Of a stretch of 64,000 nucleotides of DNA, positions 50,142-63,600 are shown in pieces. The notes under the pieces are model-generated. The model was given only the letters and a program-made list of their open reading frames with translations, had not been told where the DNA came from and ran no database searches. The translations under genes and the position numbers were made by a program. The DNA comes from Balanoglossus misakiensis (taxonomy: Eukaryota; Animalia; Hemichordata): contig CM082583.2 in assembly GCA_040954595.2 (NCBI GenBank), positions 5,516,849-5,580,848 of the forward strand, written 5' to 3'. Position 1 is the stretch's first letter, and each line of letters begins with the position of its first letter.

Positions 50142-53100
50142 ATGGCGTCGCTGAATGAACACAGTTTTGAACGAAAACTGCAGGGTGTACAAAACACTCA
50201 GGACAGCATCCAGACGCTGTCATTGTGGTGTGTGCACCACAAGGCCCACCATAAGAGGATAGTGCAGCTGTGGATGAAGGTCTTAAAGAAATGTAAGTCG
50301 GTCTAATGATGTAATGTTAGTGACCTGCGTTCTGTAGATTCGACTTGTATGTACTCGGTACATTGTACTTCATGTACAGTTTTAGTGGGAGACTCCGAGG
50401 CATGTCAACATGGTACATGTAGTACCTCAATCATAGACAGTTTATGCCACAATGCACGATGCTGTGTGTTCCATGTTTAAACCGGCTTCTATGTCAGCCC
50501 TACAAACTCCAACAGAAAACCAGCGGTCTATACTAATACTTTTTACAACCAAAAAATGTCTTTCTAAAGGAAGATCAGCTCATTAAAATCTCTAGAAATG
50601 ATGACGTGTGCCTTGCCCACTACATGTAAAACCATTGAATGATGCACTGTAGTGTAACTAATGTGTAATATTGTTGCAACACACACACGTTAATTATGCC
50701 AAGATATTGAATTGTCCCTTTTTCACTGCAGCTAAAGCCACCCACAGACTGAACCTGTTTTATCTGTGTAATGACGTGGTTCAACAAAGCAGAAGGAAAG
50801 GTGCCAACGTCTTTATAGATTCTTTTGCCTTGGTGATGGAAGAAGCAGCCACTTTGGCAAGGTAAGTGATCACAGCAAGTTATTGCTATAGAGTATAGAG
50901 TATGTATACTTCAGAAGGTTTTTGCTGAGCTGTGGGCACTGGTGATTTGGCACCGAAATTGTCCTAAATATTGTTTTTGTTAAATTTGTAATCACAAATA
51001 TTCATGTCAACTGCAGCAGTACACATGCAAAATGTACATACACTTGTGTCTGGCGACAAAGCATACAGAGCAACCCCCACAGGCATTGGCGTATAATGAT
51101 TACTGTCTGGTGCAGTAACTGTCTGGAGTGACAGTAGACAGTTAGCCATAGATGTAACTTGTAAAATCCAGTATTTCTTTTCCATGTTCAACAGGGAACC
51201 ATCCATCAGATCAAATATACTGCGAATTTTCAACATCTGGGAAGAAAGGGGTGTTTTTGACAGCGATTTTATTGAAAAAATCAAGGCTGATGTTGGTAAG
51301 TATCGGAGGCTTTATGTATCATGCATGGTGATCATCAGTGATAAAGAAAACGTCAAAGAGTTGGGAAAAATAGCCGTGAGAGAGCCCCCCAAAATGCTGT
51401 TTTTGACATCATTATCAATCGTGGAAAGTTGTGTGCCACAGTCTGTAACGTTACACTTTAGCTTTTGCTGACTTCAGCAAAGACTCACTTTTTATACATC
51501 GCTTTCTTTCATTTTTTCAGTTAGTTCAAAGGTCCGGATAAAAGCCAGTACAAAATTCCTGGCAGAGTTTAAGGTAAGTGGCTATCAGAATAAACTGTAG
51601 TGGATCAAAACTGACCCCCTAGTAGAGCCACGTTCATCATTACTTTCTTTTGCGTGTATTGCTAGTTCTTACAAGTTACTAGTACTGCGCTTTAGTGTTG
51701 GTTGCTGAACACAGAGGGCCAGTTAAGCATCAGTTTTCTGTTGTCTTGTATGAACATATCACCCTTATTTCGTCTCCATACAAATACGGAAATGTATTGT
51801 ATGGTAGACAGGCATTCAGTTATTACATCGTAAATAGTAACAATATTTCTTGTTACATATTCAGCCTCACAGGGTTACAGAGGGTATCGAGAAGTTCACC
51901 AGGTTAGAAAATGATGTAGAGCTCAAGCAGAAACAGCTTCAAAGCTCCAAAGTGGATGTTACGGATACAGAGGCTTTAAGGCAGCTGAAGGGTAAAAAAT
52001 ATCTTTTGTGCAATAACAGTGTTGAATTGAGGACCAGAATTTAAATTGTAGCGCAGTGTGCCGTATGCAAAATTTACAATGTACACCGAAAATTACGTAC
52101 ACAATCTGAGAAAGTGATTTGTACAGTAACTTTGAAGTGGGGTGCTGAATAAATACATACCGGGAAATAAATTACACAAAGCTGGCTCTTCAGTTTCATC
52201 TTGATACACTTAGAAAACTAGTCACTCTACAGATTGCATGAAATCTCGCATAAAAATGTCAGTAAATTCTCAGAAAAGAAGAAATTGTCTGTTATTCAAT
52301 ATTCACATCTTGAGCTGAATACTGACTTTGGTTGTAATGTACGTCTCTGCAGATCGCAATGATGGAAAGAGGTTCTCCCAGCAGTTTGAAGAGGGAGCCA
52401 ACAAGTTGGAAGATTTCATCAAACACCAGGAGAAGGAAATTGAAGAGAGGACGAAGCTTGTGGTACTTCTGGAACAAAGTGAGATATTTTATGAAGCACA
52501 GTACAGTGAAGCCAAGATTGTGGCAAATGTAAGTATTGACAGACCTAGATACTCCAGAATAAAGCTTTGTATTCCTTTAAGATGCATGATGGGGAACCAA
52601 TCGTAATTGTTTTTGTAATAATTTCATCTCCCAATCACCAATGGTCATTATTTTGTTTTATGTTGTGTAGGCATATAGAAATTTTGGAACTAGGGTCTCC
52701 AGCCTGAAGAAGAGACTGGATGAATTGAAGAAGTTTCTGCCGGACCCAAGTAGTCCCATACCGTCGCCGACAATGGATGCACCGTCACCAGGTATGTTCT
52801 TTGGGGTTGGTGAATCATACTGATTTGGAAATGATAGGACTAGCGTGCCCTCTAAGCTCATATGACTCTACTAAGTCACTGGTGACTTGAGAAAATCCTC
52901 CACACTACATGTTGCGAAACTTTATTCAACTGCTTGTTCTGTCACAAATTGTTGATCACTGTGAATACGTTTGACTACATCACTGTAAAATATTCACCCC
53001 CCCCCCCCCCATAGAAAATGGCAGTAGGACCACAAATACTGTAGGAAACCTGGAAAGTCCTTGAATTCTAAGTGGTGAGCATTTGAGCCCTACTTTAGTG

Positions 53101-55901
53101 TATGATTTACAGTACATATATACTGCTTTCTGATACTTTTAAAAGGTGCAACACCCCCGACACCGCCGTACGATCCCAGCCAAGACAACGTCGGGGTGGA
53201 GGACATGGACATGTCTGACTCTGATGATGAAAAACCCTCTGGAACAATCATTGGTAAGGTCCTTCAATGACGCGATCAAAGGCAATGTGACAGGTTCTGA
53301 AATGTGTGTCAGGGTTGTGGTGTTGTGACTGAAGGTGGCTTTCGCATGTCATATTACTAATACATGATGATGATGTGTGTGTGTATCCATCTATGCATCT
53401 ATGTACATTGCATGTATATACTGTAATGTGTGTAAGAAATACTTGCTCTCAAAACCACAAGCAGTTAACTTTTGATGTACTGCGTATTTTTCAACAGCGG
53501 CTGCACCGATGAAATCAGGGACTGGTGCATCGAAGACAGGCACTAGGCCAGTGACAAGCAGGAAGCAGAAAGGAGATGCTACGAAACCCATTCCCCCACC
53601 CCCAGGGCTGGGTCAGATACCAGGAACAGGTGAGAAAATGTGATATGCTTCATAGAATTATAGCCACTGCTGCCACCACCATTCGGTTGTGGTTTGTGAC
53701 AAAAAAAAGGACTCAACTCTCACTATATTGTTTGGAGAGGTGATCTGATATACATGTATTACATGCATTTCATTTTTTCCTTTCAAGCAGGTATGATGTT
53801 CTCATCGTTTATGTCTGGGGGTCTACCGTCGAACATCCTGTCGACCACCGCTAGCAAAACCAGCTCCAGCTCCAAGCCAGCTACATCCACCGCCACAGCC
53901 ACATCAACTGCTTCTACCAAAACCACTTCTTCTGCAGGTGGCAAGGGAAGGAACGCTGCGTACTCTCCCAGCTCCTCTTTCTCCCCTCCCTCTCCCGACA
54001 ACTTGAATCTGTCGCCTGCTGTGACAAAGAGCTCTGCGGTCACCAGTGCGGGGAAACGCTCGCTGACGACGGCGGCATCAACGAAGCCGATCAAGGAAAG
54101 AGCAGCCAAGATGCCCAAGTACGACTCTCCGGTCACGCAGACTTTTGGGCGCGGCAGCGGTGGCCTGGACCTTGACTCCAGGCTGCGGCAGGTCATGCAG
54201 AACACCCCTATCTTCCCCCAGGCCGTGCCGAAAGAGCTGTACGATTCGCCCGGCCGGTCGGCTCGGAGCCCGAACATCTCGACGCCGCCCCGGCAGAAAT
54301 CGGCAATACATTCGCAGTCGTGGGGGAACTCGCCGGTGTCTCAGAGCAGCCTGACAGCTGCACAGCAAGACCAACAGCAGTCCGCTGGGGAAATGACGCC
54401 GTCCCAGATCCTCGGCTTGGTACAGGCGAACACGCAGCCAGCTGCAAAGATCGGCGCAGCCGGTGGTATATCGGAACTGAGCAAAGACACTGAGTCGGGA
54501 ACACCGCTGCGAGACGAGGAGGGTACGCCCGTGCGAGACGAGAATAACAAGGCAACAGCTCAAGCAGCTGCCGCCAACCCTATAGAGTTCCTTTCCCGAT
54601 TGATCACAACCACGCAGCAGGCTCAGGGTGGCACCGGGGCGAATTTCCTGAGTGGCCTGTCTGCCTTGACCGAGACTATGAAATCTGCTATGCAGCAGAG
54701 AAAGAAACCGAGTGTGGCTGATGCGACGATGGAAATCGCGGCTGCACTGCAATCGGGGGCGGTGGCAAGTGCTGTCCCAAACATGCCGGCGGCTCTACAG
54801 AAAATACCTGTGGCCGGTGCTGCGAGGTCTTCAGCAGGTGTCAGTGAGGAAGTTCACAAAGCAAACCAAACTGTGCCAAGTGTTCAGCAAGAGGGCAGAC
54901 CCGGCAGTCTGGCCACACACAGTGCAGCTGGTCCCACTGTGCCTGCAACTGCACAGGGGCTGACTCGACCGTTGCCCATATCTCCTGTTCAGCAGAGTGC
55001 ACCTGTTCTGTCGCCAAGTGGGCCAATATCATCCATAGGAGGAAACCTGCCACCGGCTACAGAAGCGCAGGCTCTGCCGATCGCACCCGTCGATCAAGGA
55101 GGAAACTACAGTGTGGGTGGCGGGTCGGAAATTGAACAGCGGGGTGCGCACGCAGAACAGCCCGGTGTTGGGGACGGTTGGAATGGTGTGTCGCAGGCAG
55201 TCTCGGCCTCCGAACCGACGTCGCCAATACCAGTTCTGGGCGATCAGGGAAAGAACTCTATCCCCGTTATCGGCCAGGGAGGTCAGGCTTCTTTCGACGT
55301 GAATCAGGTGGGAAGTGTGCCATCTTCCCTCAACGTGGTCAGCGCGGGTGGTGCAACCGCACCGGCGGCCGAGGTTTTGGGTAACCCTATACCATCGTAT
55401 TCTCAAAGGGCTCTGCAGCCGGTGACGTCTGTGTACGCCAGCAAAGGACCGCAAGTGAGTCCCGGTCTGCACGAGGACAGGCCTCTAAACGATGACTTTG
55501 GAAGGGGAGTTGCGAAAACGAGACCAGTGGAAGTGCACGAATATGGCTTCGGAAGGCCCATTGAGAGGCTCCACTCATCCGGCGTTGGCCAAACCATCGG
55601 AGTCCTCCGACGCGAACGGGAACTCGCGGCGAGGGCGTACGAGCGGGATGAGTACGCGAGAATGTACAGCAGACCGTACGACAGGACTAGAGATCACGAT
55701 CTTGATTACCCCCGGTCGGGCTACAGAGGGTCGACGATCGGCGCAGTTGATAATCGCCTGGACAGCTACCCGCCTCGGCGAATGGAGTCAAGATACGCTG
55801 GCCGAGATCCCTATGGCTACGAGTATTCCCGAGGTGGTCCCCCAGGAAGACCTCCTCCCCCTCCCCCCTGGGCTGCTGACAGAAGACCCTATAGGTACTG
55901 A
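50142..55901 (+). CDS. RPRD2: Regulation of nuclear pre-mRNA domain-containing protein 2 (CID + coiled coil + long S/P-rich tail)
   Basis: Exons 50142-50292, 50732-50861, 51195-51295, 51521-51573, 51865-51991, 52353-52528, 52671-52791, 53146-53253, 53498-53629, 53791-55901. CID: [42 protein letters not shown]; EAKIVAN|AYRNFG; [15 protein letters not shown]; [15 protein letters not shown] as in vertebrate RPRD2. Confidence 0.93.
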
Positions 55902-57635
55902 ATGGATTGTGTAGCAGGCAATTTACAAGTACACGTTCGTGAAGTGAACTCAGTCCTACAGTCAACCTTTTAACTGACATTCATAGGGAAGACATTTCTT
56001 CGGTAGTTTAACTTCGCATGATCCATCCAACAGCTGCAAACACCTGCATGCATTCAGATTTGCAGTACATGTACATGTAGGTCTGATTTCGTGATCACGT
56101 TGATAGTCAACTAAAACCTGTGAAAAGGGGATATTAATTATCATTGCATGGAGGTAGGTAGGTAGGGACCACTACCTCCCACATTCATTTTCACCATCCC
56201 TGAAATATATGTTCCCAGTGTTATCTTTTGCCAGATCGGCTGTACCACTGCAACTCTGGGGAGGTGTGCCACTTGGGGTAGGAAAGAAACCGTGTCATAC
56301 ATTGTGGGTTTAAGAACTCTTGGTACCTGAAATATTTCCTAGTTTAGAGAGTATCAAGGGACCTTTATATCTGTTTAGAGATATCATGTGCAGAAAATCC
56401 CAATAGTTCAAAATAGTTGTTCTTTGAAGTCTACATCAAATGAACATAGAGTAATTGAATTAAGGTTGGATCATGGAAAACGTTTCTGATGTATGCTCCT
56501 GAACTGATGTTCTCAACTTTTACAAAGCCAGGCGAGTAGCACAACCACAAGATACTTTTTTCATACTTTCGTCATTTCTGAGATTGGAATTTTCAGTGTT
56601 AGTTCGTCACTCTCTCTCTACGACATACAAAATATGTATCTGGAGTTTTTCAAAGACAGAAAAAAATGCATTCTTCAACTTTATGATGCTGTGTACAGTT
56701 ATGTTCTGTTGCAGGTTTTTTCAGCGTTATCAGGTATGGATGTCGGTGGATGTCCACACAAAGACATGTACATGTAATTCTGATGATGCCACACATTTTT
56801 AGTTTATGCTCGTTGTACAGCTCTCATGTTGATGAAAGACCAACAAATAAACCTACTGATAGGATATCTTTTTTGAACATCTTGTTCGCCGTTATTTTTT
56901 GTATGTTGTTGTGTATGTGTGCTGTGGCCGAGTGTGGATTCTTTTCACCAAAAGAGGGAAGATATGGATCATCAAATGGATTGACGTTCCCCATTGCTGT
57001 TGATTCCGCTGCAATATACCAATACTGAACAAAATGTAAATATAGATATTTGGTTTGAACTGTGACCTAGGCTGGATCATAAAAACAAACACTGCCTGGT
57101 CTAATCTTTAGAACTTGTCTCTGATATTTCAGGTACATCGTGTAAACGGGTGGAACCCTTGATAAGGGGCAACATTTTATTTATACCACATTTTCCAAGG
57201 GTGGGAGAAAGTGGGAGGGGTCTCCTTATCATTTCCTTCGAAATTTGGGATATTTGTTTTATGTTACGAATCTGGTGTAATACAACTGGCGCAAATATTG
57301 GTTGAGTGTTGCAGTTGTGTTTGCAGCGGTTATTTTGTCATACAGTGATGAGTCGATTGCATCATGCATTTATAGTTGTCATCTTCATTTACCACGTGTC
57401 ACTCCGCGAAGTGCGTGTGAAAGCCCTCTATCTTGATAGAAATGAAAACATTTTCAGGGCATGACTTTCCTGAAATAAAACCCAGTGCATGTTTCATGCA
57501 GTTTTCATTTGCACCAAAGCGTGTCTGATGATCAGCACATCAAGATATGTCAGTTATGCTAGCTCAAATACAAATAAAATATTGTTATTAACTTAACATG
57601 ATTAAAATGAGTTAGCTAGAGGGTGACTGAACAAA

Positions 57636-60600
57636 ATGGCGGAAGAAGCTGCGGCAGCGATGGAAAAGCTGGGCGTTGAAGATCAAACTGCTAAGGCACG
57701 ATAACTTCCTTCACTTATCTCCGATCGATTTTCCATGACTTCTGTACTTGCACGAGTTCCCATTTCCCGGGTAACCAAAGGATTGCTGTACAGGGTTGCC
57801 AAAACTATGAGCACGACCACGTCGCCGGTTAGTTATAATGTTTTCAATGCACGGCGACAGAAATGTGATCCCCGCACGTGTAACATTTGTGTCGCCATGC
57901 GCTGTCAGTGAAGTATTGTTTTCGTCGCGTTGCGCGGCATACTTTGACAGCAGTGAGAGATTTCTCTGAATCGGTAGTTGGGTTGGTGACTGAATCGCAC
58001 TGCACCACTCAAGCCTTTTCCAGTTACACACATATGGTATCACGATTCATGTTGGGTGACGCGTATATGCATTGCTGCTATGGTGGTGCTGGTGCACAGT
58101 TTGGAAACCCGGGTCTTAGGTGGCAATGTTTACAACCTGTAACCTTCCGGATTGCAGTCGGGGGTTAACATTATGGAGGGGGTGGGGATATATTTCCCTG
58201 TTGGACCTTGTAGTATTGCACATAGTCATTACATAAACATATTTGATTATTGATTACAAATGCTGCTATTAATTATCATGATATAACAAACTTTTAACAC
58301 CTGGCCTCAAGCTGACGTAACTCATTAGTTTTGTAGCAGTACTGTAGAAACTACTTACTCATCACTGCATGATCATCACTGAAGTGACATAATCAGACAG
58401 CTTAGCAGAGCTTGTCCTGAACAAGTATGTTAACAAGCAGATGCTCTTCTCTTTTGGAATTTGGGAAAATGCAAAACGAAATTCTGCTATTGAGACTGTA
58501 ATTTTCAGGGTTTTTTTTGGGATTTCTGCAAAAGTTAATGATCAGTTGTGTCCAGTGATGCAAGCAAATATGGAACTCCATCAATATGTTCCCAATTATG
58601 AAAAATCTGTCATGGTAGTACTTCTTTCAATTCTAAAACGAAACTGACAGATGTACTGTAAAAATACTATTGATCTATGCTAAAATCTCTGACTACATAA
58701 TAAACATGTTGGCTTTTGTTTTGTTTACTAGAGTGTTGCATCACCTACTACTAGTACTAAGCTTGACTGCACTCCGTGCAGTTGTCATTGGTGTTACAAC
58801 TATTTATTGTAAGGGGGGGGGGGGTGCTGTCTCACAAGTCAAATTTCTACTTCCTTCACTGTTTTAATTGGCTGAAAGACAGATGATGAACTTTGTACTC
58901 CCTTTGTGGCAGTAGCTTGATTGGCTGGGTCTTGCATCATCCAACAAAGGTTTATTTGGTTATGGGTAGGTCTATAAAAGTACCAACAACAGGTATCCGA
59001 GAAGACTAAAATATTTTTCTTCATGTACATGGGTTGTAGAGTTGCCTTTGTATAGATCCAAAAGTCGGTCTGAAATTTAAACAATGAGCCAATTAAGTGT
59101 CAGTAGTGAAGAGAACATCCTAAACCATGCTTTCAATGAATCTAGCAGTGAAGAGATGGTGAGCTATCCTTTTAATGTAAAAATGAAACTAATATTCAGT
59201 TGAAATTTCTCAAAAGAGGAACTATACCATTAGCTAAAGCGTGTCGTTTACATGAAGTTTACATGTAAAGATATCAGTATGTAATCTTGTGAGTATTCTC
59301 AAGTCAAGTGTCTCTTTTCAGGGTCAAGATGGGAAGAAGAAGGGAAAGAAAGAGAAGAAGAAAGGAGGGGGTCACGGTGGGGGTGACGGCGGTCACCCAG
59401 TAGAGGTAGGAACGTAGTATGTCGTCACACAGGGATTCTGAAATAAGAAAAATATCAGCTAGGACAGTGTAACCTGAAAGAATAGTATATTGAGCGATCC
59501 ATTTCGAAATGATTGTATTTATAGTCCAGCTGTGTATTCAGATTTGTTATTTTCAAGTTAATGTTGACAGTTTTGAAGCCTTATGCAATATGATGTCAAT
59601 CTACATGAACCTTGCATGCAACATTACAACATAACGTCTTTGAATACTGACCATGAAAATATTCCCTTACAGTTGAACCCACTGCCAGGCTATATTCAGA
59701 GTCGTATTGACATGTTTGACAAACTCAAGAATGATTACTTGGAGGAACTTGCAGGTAAGAAATTTCACTTTTAAATTACCGATTGATAATTGTAAATTTA
59801 AGCAATAAAACGCCCCCAGCCATGGTATACCACGAGATTTTGACCAGTTCACGACATATACGCACGAGCGATAGCGAGTGCGTATATGGAGTTGAACTGG
59901 TCAAAATCGAGTGGTATACCATGGCTGGGGGTGTTTTATTGCTATTATATTATGCCAGTATATTGAAACTTTGCATAAAACATTTTTAAAAGGCATTTCC
60001 TTTGACTATGATATATGACTGTGGTATATGGCTAATATATCACGGTCACGTGTCGTGTCTCGACCAATCAAATAGCGTGATTTACACCATCAATATACTG
60101 GTATAATATAATAAGTATTTTTTCATAATTTATTAGTGTTATGAGCATCATCTAGTGCTTGAAAAAGAGAAAACAGTGTGCAAAATTACTAGAATTATCA
60201 TCAGTAGATAAGAAATCCGAGCTACATTTACTGTTAAGAGAGACCTGATTTTAATATTGTGATCCTCGTCTTTTTGTGGTAGCCAAGCCCAAGACTCCCA
60301 TCAAGATTACTCTGCCCGATGGTAAAGTGGTGGAAGGGGCTGCTTGGGAGACCAGTCCATACAGTGTAGCCCAAGGGATCAGGTAAGACAAGGAAACGAC
60401 TGCTTCATCATCCAGAGCTTGCTGGGATAGAGAAAGCAGAAAGCTGACCATTTTTACGTTTTCCACACGCAGCCAAGGGCTTGCCGACAACACGGTGATT
60501 GCCAAGGTCAACGGCGAGCTGTGGGACCTGGACCGGCCCCTGGAGGGCGACTGCAGCCTGCAGCTGTTGAAATTTGAAGACGAAGAAGGGCAGCAGGTGT

Positions 60601-63600
60601 TCTGGCACTCCAGCGCTCACATGTTGGGGGAGGCCATGGAGAGACATTATGGTGGATGCCTGTGCTACGGTCCACCCATTGACACTGGCTTCTTCTACGA
60701 CATGTTTTTGGAAGGAAGGTAGGTTTGGAATGGTGTACATTCATAAATGTCTGGTCCTTCTCTACAAAAAGAAAGTAGACTTAACTTGGAAAACAGCCTT
60801 GGATAGTGGGTTACATTTGTCTGGAGCTTGTGAGTGCGCCCTCTATGTTCACAGATGATAATAAATAATTGTCGTTTCACTTGGTTTTTGCAGTACATCA
60901 CTACTATTTGCATCGTCTCTAAAATAGCAGTCAGTCTCGCTGTATGGCCCACACAAATAAAGTAACATAGTTTAAGGTTTACTGTCGACTGTGTTATTTT
61001 GTACATTTGTTTCCAGACAAGTTTCAAGTAACGACTTCCCGTCCCTGATGCAAATCGTCAAGAAAATTCAGAAGGACAAGCAGCCCTTTGAGAGACTGGT
61101 CATGAAGAAGGAAGATTTGCTGAAGATGTTCGAAGTAGGTCTCGCCAGTACGACTGCCTTTCTGACTACCACCGATATTGGGCTGGTCAGAGTGATGAGC
61201 GTTGTGTTCTGTTTATACATGTGATGCGATCACTCCCAGTCTTGTGAATACTGTTCCTGTGTCATCAGGAAGTGCATAGGGTTGGACCACAGGTGGGGTG
61301 GTTACAGAAATGTACGGTCAGTCCCACCAAATAATGTGTGGACGACATTTGTCGGTTAACAGTTGCGTAGCAGTGTGTCAAATTTGGAAGCGGTAAATTA
61401 AACATGCTGAGTTCAATTGTATCTGTTTGCCTTCACAGTACAATCAGTTCAAAGTGAGAATTCTCAACGAGAAAATCACCACTCCGTCTACCACTGTGTA
61501 CAGGTAAGGGTTAATGCATTTTACGGTTCTTATGTTAATGAGTAGTGATTTACCGTACAGATTTGAATTCTGACCGTTGTTTATTTGACCAACTAGATGT
61601 GGACCCCTAATTGATCTCTGTCGTGGACCCCATGTGAGACATACTGGTAAAGTCAAGGCCGTAGACATTGTCAAGGTAAGTTGGGCTGAACTCTTTAGGG
61701 AATGTGGATTTAAACTTTGGGCTCTTATCAAGGAAGAGTTGGAATGTCAAAGAAAAAATATCTACAATAAGTGTCGTGCATATCCATGAACCATAGAAAC
61801 AATGGGTTTGGACACCATGGTAAAAACAAATTCAGTGACCTTCTTGCTGTCTCTTTTCGCCCAGAACTCCGCCACGTACTGGGAAGGCAAGGCAGAGGCC
61901 GAGTCCCTGCAGAGAATCTACGGCATCTCATTCCCGGACACCAAGCAATTGAAAGAATGGAAGCATTTCCAGGAGGAGGCGGCCAAGAGAGACCACCGGA
62001 AGTTGGGAAGGGATCACGAGTTGTTCTTCTTCCATGAACTCAGCCCCGGCAGCTGTTTCTTCCATCCCAAAGGAGCACACATCTATAACACTCTTATAGA
62101 ATTCATGAAGGTGAGCGAAATGGGCAGTCACTTTTGTACCAGAGAGTCTGTTCCTAGCTTTCATTGGATGCGTGTTCGGTAATATTAATACCAGCAATCG
62201 TTTTAGCCTAATTAGTGCGTGCAATTTGAATTGGTCACCCAAAACCCATGTCCCAAAAGAACAGTCTGTTGCTATCTAGTAGTTACCAGTTGTATGTGGA
62301 GCTGTTGTTCGTAAAGCTGGTTTCGAGTTCTTAAAATATGCAGCTTTCATATATCTGTTGTACACCTGTTTGAAGGGAGAATTGATAAAAGTGTCATATT
62401 GAAAAACAACCATACATAATATGCGTCCACTGCATATTGCCCGGAAATGTGACCTTTTTTGTGTGTGTGTTTGTTTTCCCAACAGTCGGAATACAGGAAG
62501 CGCAACTTTCAGGAAGTGATTTCACCAAACATATACAACAGCAAACTGTGGGAAACTTCGGGGCACTGGCAACATTATTCGGTAAGTGTGCTGTGAACGT
62601 CTACAGAAGAGAACCAGTATTTCATCAGAAACGTTTTGTGGTGTTTCAGGAAAACACTGTATGGAAATACCAGGTGTAATCATGTTGTGGGTATAGTCGT
62701 TATGATGTTGTCAGTTGCAGCGGACTTTTATCCAACGATTCCATTTGTACGCCGATTTGAATCCTGATGTTTAATGGCTAATGGTTTGCGTCTTGTTTTT
62801 CAATCAGGAGAACATGTTTTCCTTTGATTCTGAGAAAGAAAAGTTTGCACTCAAGCCGATGAACTGTCCTGGCCACTGGTGAGTACATCTTTACAACAAT
62901 AGACGAAAACCCAGAGAATGGGACGAAGAAATTAGCCTGATCACTTGGCATGACAACAAACCACAGAAAAAAGTGCTAGTGTCCCAGCTGTGAAGATATT
63001 ACCTCTATACTGTATACTTATACATGTAACTTACAGACATGCACCTATACCTGTTTTTCACCAATTACCCATGTTTTTTTGACTCTTAGCTTGATATTTG
63101 ACCACCGGCCACGATCTTGGAGAGAGTTGCCCTACCGCATGGCCGACTTTGGCGTTCTCCACCGAAACGAGCTGTCGGGGGCACTCACTGGTCTTGTCAG
63201 GGTGCGCCGATTCCAACAAGACGACGCTCACATCTTTTGCAGATCTGATCAGGCAAGTGTCGCCAGCTTGTCGTGTTTGAGCTGTCATGACGTTGGCTTA
63301 AGATAAAATGAATATCTTTCTGTTTATTTATTTACAGCATTGCTTTTACACAATGCTGTTCTGTGGGTACTGACTGTAAAAAGGGTTATTTTCGCGACAG
63401 GAAATTTCGCGATATCGAAATAGGCAACTGTTAAGCAAGGATTAATTTTCGCATACTCGAATTTCTCTGCATCGGTATCTCTGGAAAAAAATTACACAAC
63501 TTTTTATTTTCCCCTTTTTTTTTTACTCTCGCAATTTCGCAAAAATTTATTGCTCGCAAAAATAACCTGTTTTACAGTTGCATGAAACCTTTAAATGTCA

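Noticed and set aside
53783-55980. Overlapping alternative-frame and antisense ORFs in the RPRD2 last exon
   Set aside because: Expected by-products of a GC-rich 2.1-kb coding exon.
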